Below are positions 61,479 through 64,000 of a DNA stretch of 64,000 bases, in pieces (position 1 is the first letter of the stretch; every line of letters starts with the position of its first letter). The notes below the pieces were generated by a model. The model made no database searches. It was not told where the DNA came from and saw nothing but the letters and a program-made list of their open reading frames with translations. Location: assembly GCA_004022145.1 (NCBI GenBank), contig RCNU01000002.1; one strand, given 5' to 3'. The stretch is from Paecilomyces variotii. Its lineage: Eukaryota. Made by a program: the position numbers and the translations under genes.

Positions 61479-64000
61479 ATGTCACCTAAGTTTCCAGATC
61501 ATGAATCCTCTATCTCCATTGATATCAATGAAGGGCAAGCCTTCCAGGAAGACCAGGACAATGTCAAAAGTGATAAAGGAGACGGAGGACAGAGGTCTAA
61601 CCAAGGAGAGGAGGAGGAGGAGGATGACGACGAAGGTAATGAGCACAAGGAAGACGAGGAGCATAAAGACATGCGCGCCCAGAAAATCAAATTCACTGGA
61701 ATAACTGTACTAAACGCAAACAGTCGTGTCCCAGATGGGGACGACAATCCCGTTCCTTGGATACCTGGTGCTTCCGTGAGGGAAACTGTGTACCAAATCC
61801 GACAATTTCTGCGGACTCGCCCAATAGCCATAGTGAGAGTTATCCGAGAAAGCATAGGTTCCGGGAGGGAAGGCGATCTCGAAAAGGCACTGCCTTACTG
61901 TGGATACATCTTCACAAATGGTCCTTGGAGAAATGCACTGATAAGATTTGGGATCGACCCAAGGACTTCATTTGAATATCGCCTGTACCAAACTATCACG
62001 CTGAAAATGGAGTGTGATCCTATTATCGAATGTGGGAAGGAGGACTGTGCTGAGAAAGATGATATTGCCTTCCCTCAACTCCTCAAAGGAAGGGACAGTG
62101 ATTCTCATCTGATCAACGGAAAGAAATCCATTCCAGACGATAATACCTGGCAAATCTGTGACATAACAGATCCTCTTTTGCAGAGCATTGTAGCCACGGG
62201 ACAGCTCCGTTCCGAAGTCTCGTGGAAGGATGGATTCTTTTGGAATGGAACAATGGCTAAGCTTGAGGTCATTATGCGCGATAAGTTAATCTGTCTCAGA
62301 GATGGTAACATCCCTCTCGATGATGAATACAGGTGCCTCCTAGGTTTTCCTGAGAGATATGAATCCTCACAACGCGATCATATCAGGTATGGCCTAGAGT
62401 TTGGCCAGACCTATACTATGAAGCAAGCTTTTTTGAGAGGGAAGATATTACGCAGGGCACGCATATCTCTTTCCCGAGGATCGATGATGCAGACTCAGAA
62501 CGGCTCCCAGAACAACACTCCTGCACTCGAAAAGCCGCTGACCGAAGACCAACTACAAACAATTGATAAAATAGGAAATAAACAGTCGGCTCAGCGCCTT
62601 TATAAACGAACATTAAAGATATTTTCCAAGGAGGAGAGGTTGAATGCAATTGATTTTCTTCGAACACGGAAACACGTCAACCCCACAACTGGACAGGAGC
62701 GACCCATTTCGATCTCAAGTGCATCTGAAGTCCTCTACATCGGCGAGGGTACATTGAAACGGTGGATAAAAGAGGAAGGAAAAATCGTAGAAATGCGGCA
62801 GGGGTCGTCAAGAGCAGATGGGCCAAGGAAAGAACCCGTCAAGATAACAGACCAGTATGATTCAGGACATTATCCATTCCTCATGCTATCGCCAGAAGAA
62901 CTGCACAGCTATGAAGTCATACAACGAAATGAGTTGCACAAGGTACTGCCTACGACGGGATTCCTCTTCTGAGATAATTTACAGATATTTACTTACTATG
63001 GAATAGCTACATCCTTTTGAACATCCAGTCCCTTTCATCGGGATAGAAGGAGGCCGATCTGGGCGACTGAAAACTTTCGAGGATGCTTATAAGTATCTCG
63101 GCCAACAGACCCAGACTTTCCACATTGGACATCCACTTGAACCCTCTGAACCCTCTACAAATAACAAGATGGAAAAGCCAGTACAACTTCCAGATCCTAA
63201 TTCCACAAGTTCCTACCTGAGAGACCCAAAGTCTCAGGGGATAATCAAGAAAATGACAGCACAAGAAGTTAACTCTTGGCTTTACAGCCTTTCGCCAAAG
63301 TATGAACCCAGAACACTTTGTTCAACAGAGCGAAATCCTTTCTATCATGAGTTGACGACGTGTGTTGCCTTTATATGTCAGCAGATGATGGCTGCAAATG
63401 ATAAGGTGAGCGATGATAATACATATCTCCGCTAGATACCGATGAAGTATGTTGATTGTCTGCATAGCTCAAGTCTGCACTTCCAGTCCGGGTCGAGTTT
63501 GGTTACGACCAACCTTTCCAAGGTGCCCCCCAACAATGGGCCATTAAACTTTTGTTCACCACTGACATAGAGATCCTGCTTCCATTGGCACTATGTCTAA
63601 AGGGTTCTGTTAAAGATGAAGTCGCTCCCGACTCCCTCTATCTTCAAGGCTGGACTATAGACCATGCCTTGTTGCCTTGCACAGGGCAGAAAAGGATAAG
63701 AAAAAGGGAGAAGTCAATCAAGTACATGCAACAATTTTACGAGAACTCACAGCCTATTTTTGACAAGTTCAGGTTGAGTCCAGTACTGTATATCACAGAT
63801 GTTGATATGCTGTTTCTTAGAACGCCGGGTTGGCGGCCGCGTCGGTTTTCTGCAAGGTGGACACTATACAGTACAATCCTCCACACCAGCTACCGATTCA
63901 AGTCTCCACTAAGCCCTGTGTATGGAACATATATGGATATTGGACTAATGGTTGATAAAGTCCTTGAAAAGGGATCACAAGTTTCTTTCATAGTCCCACC
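61479..64000 (+). CDS. Chimeric protein: TFIIIC tau95 (Tfc1/Sfc1)-like DNA-binding domain + transposase-like HTH + unknown C-terminus. Exons 61479-62942, 63007-63405, 63468->64000 (runs off the window)
   Basis: FLRTRPI...LPYCGYIFTNGPWRNALIRFGIDPR...YRLYQT, WQICDITDPLLQSIV and DGFFWNGTMAKLEVIMRDK follow fungal tau95 motifs. FSKEERLNAIDF...ISISSASEVLYIGEGTLKRWIK is HTH-like. Two phase-0 GT-AG introns (64 and 62 nt) link open frames, and the last frame is open to the window edge. Confidence 0.7.

Overview
Gene-dense, intron-containing DNA from a filamentous ascomycete. Intron signals (GTRNGT / CTRAC / YAG) and protein content point to Eurotiales (Aspergillus/Paecilomyces-like); the organism is inferred, not proven. 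In order, the window holds vps4 (5'-truncated), a secreted S28 serine peptidase, a pcpA/Pcp1 spindle-pole-body gene divergent from an Ecd/SGT1-family gene, a 52-aa secreted peptide gene whose spliced product the ORF track misses, an AMMECR1 gene, a KDM5/kdmB demethylase, an ACC-deaminase/D-cysteine-desulfhydrase-family gene divergent from an exopolyphosphatase, cyk3, a two-gene conidial pigment locus (yA/Abr2-type laccase plus wA/PksP-type NR-PKS), a chromo-like + HDA2/3 gene, an FMO, a two-OB-fold POT1-like gene and a class II eIF4E. The most striking feature is a tRNA gene at 60593-60730 (-) whose anticodon is split by a 57-nt intron with full spliceosomal signals (GTAAGT...ACTAAC...TAG). 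GT-AG excision yields a normal tRNA-Ser(GCU), whereas canonical 37/38 tRNA splicing does not. About 750 bp away, transcribed divergently, is a chimeric gene with a TFIIIC tau95 (Tfc1/Sfc1)-like DNA-binding domain fused to a transposase-like HTH. All calls come from reading the sequence by eye; no database searches were run.
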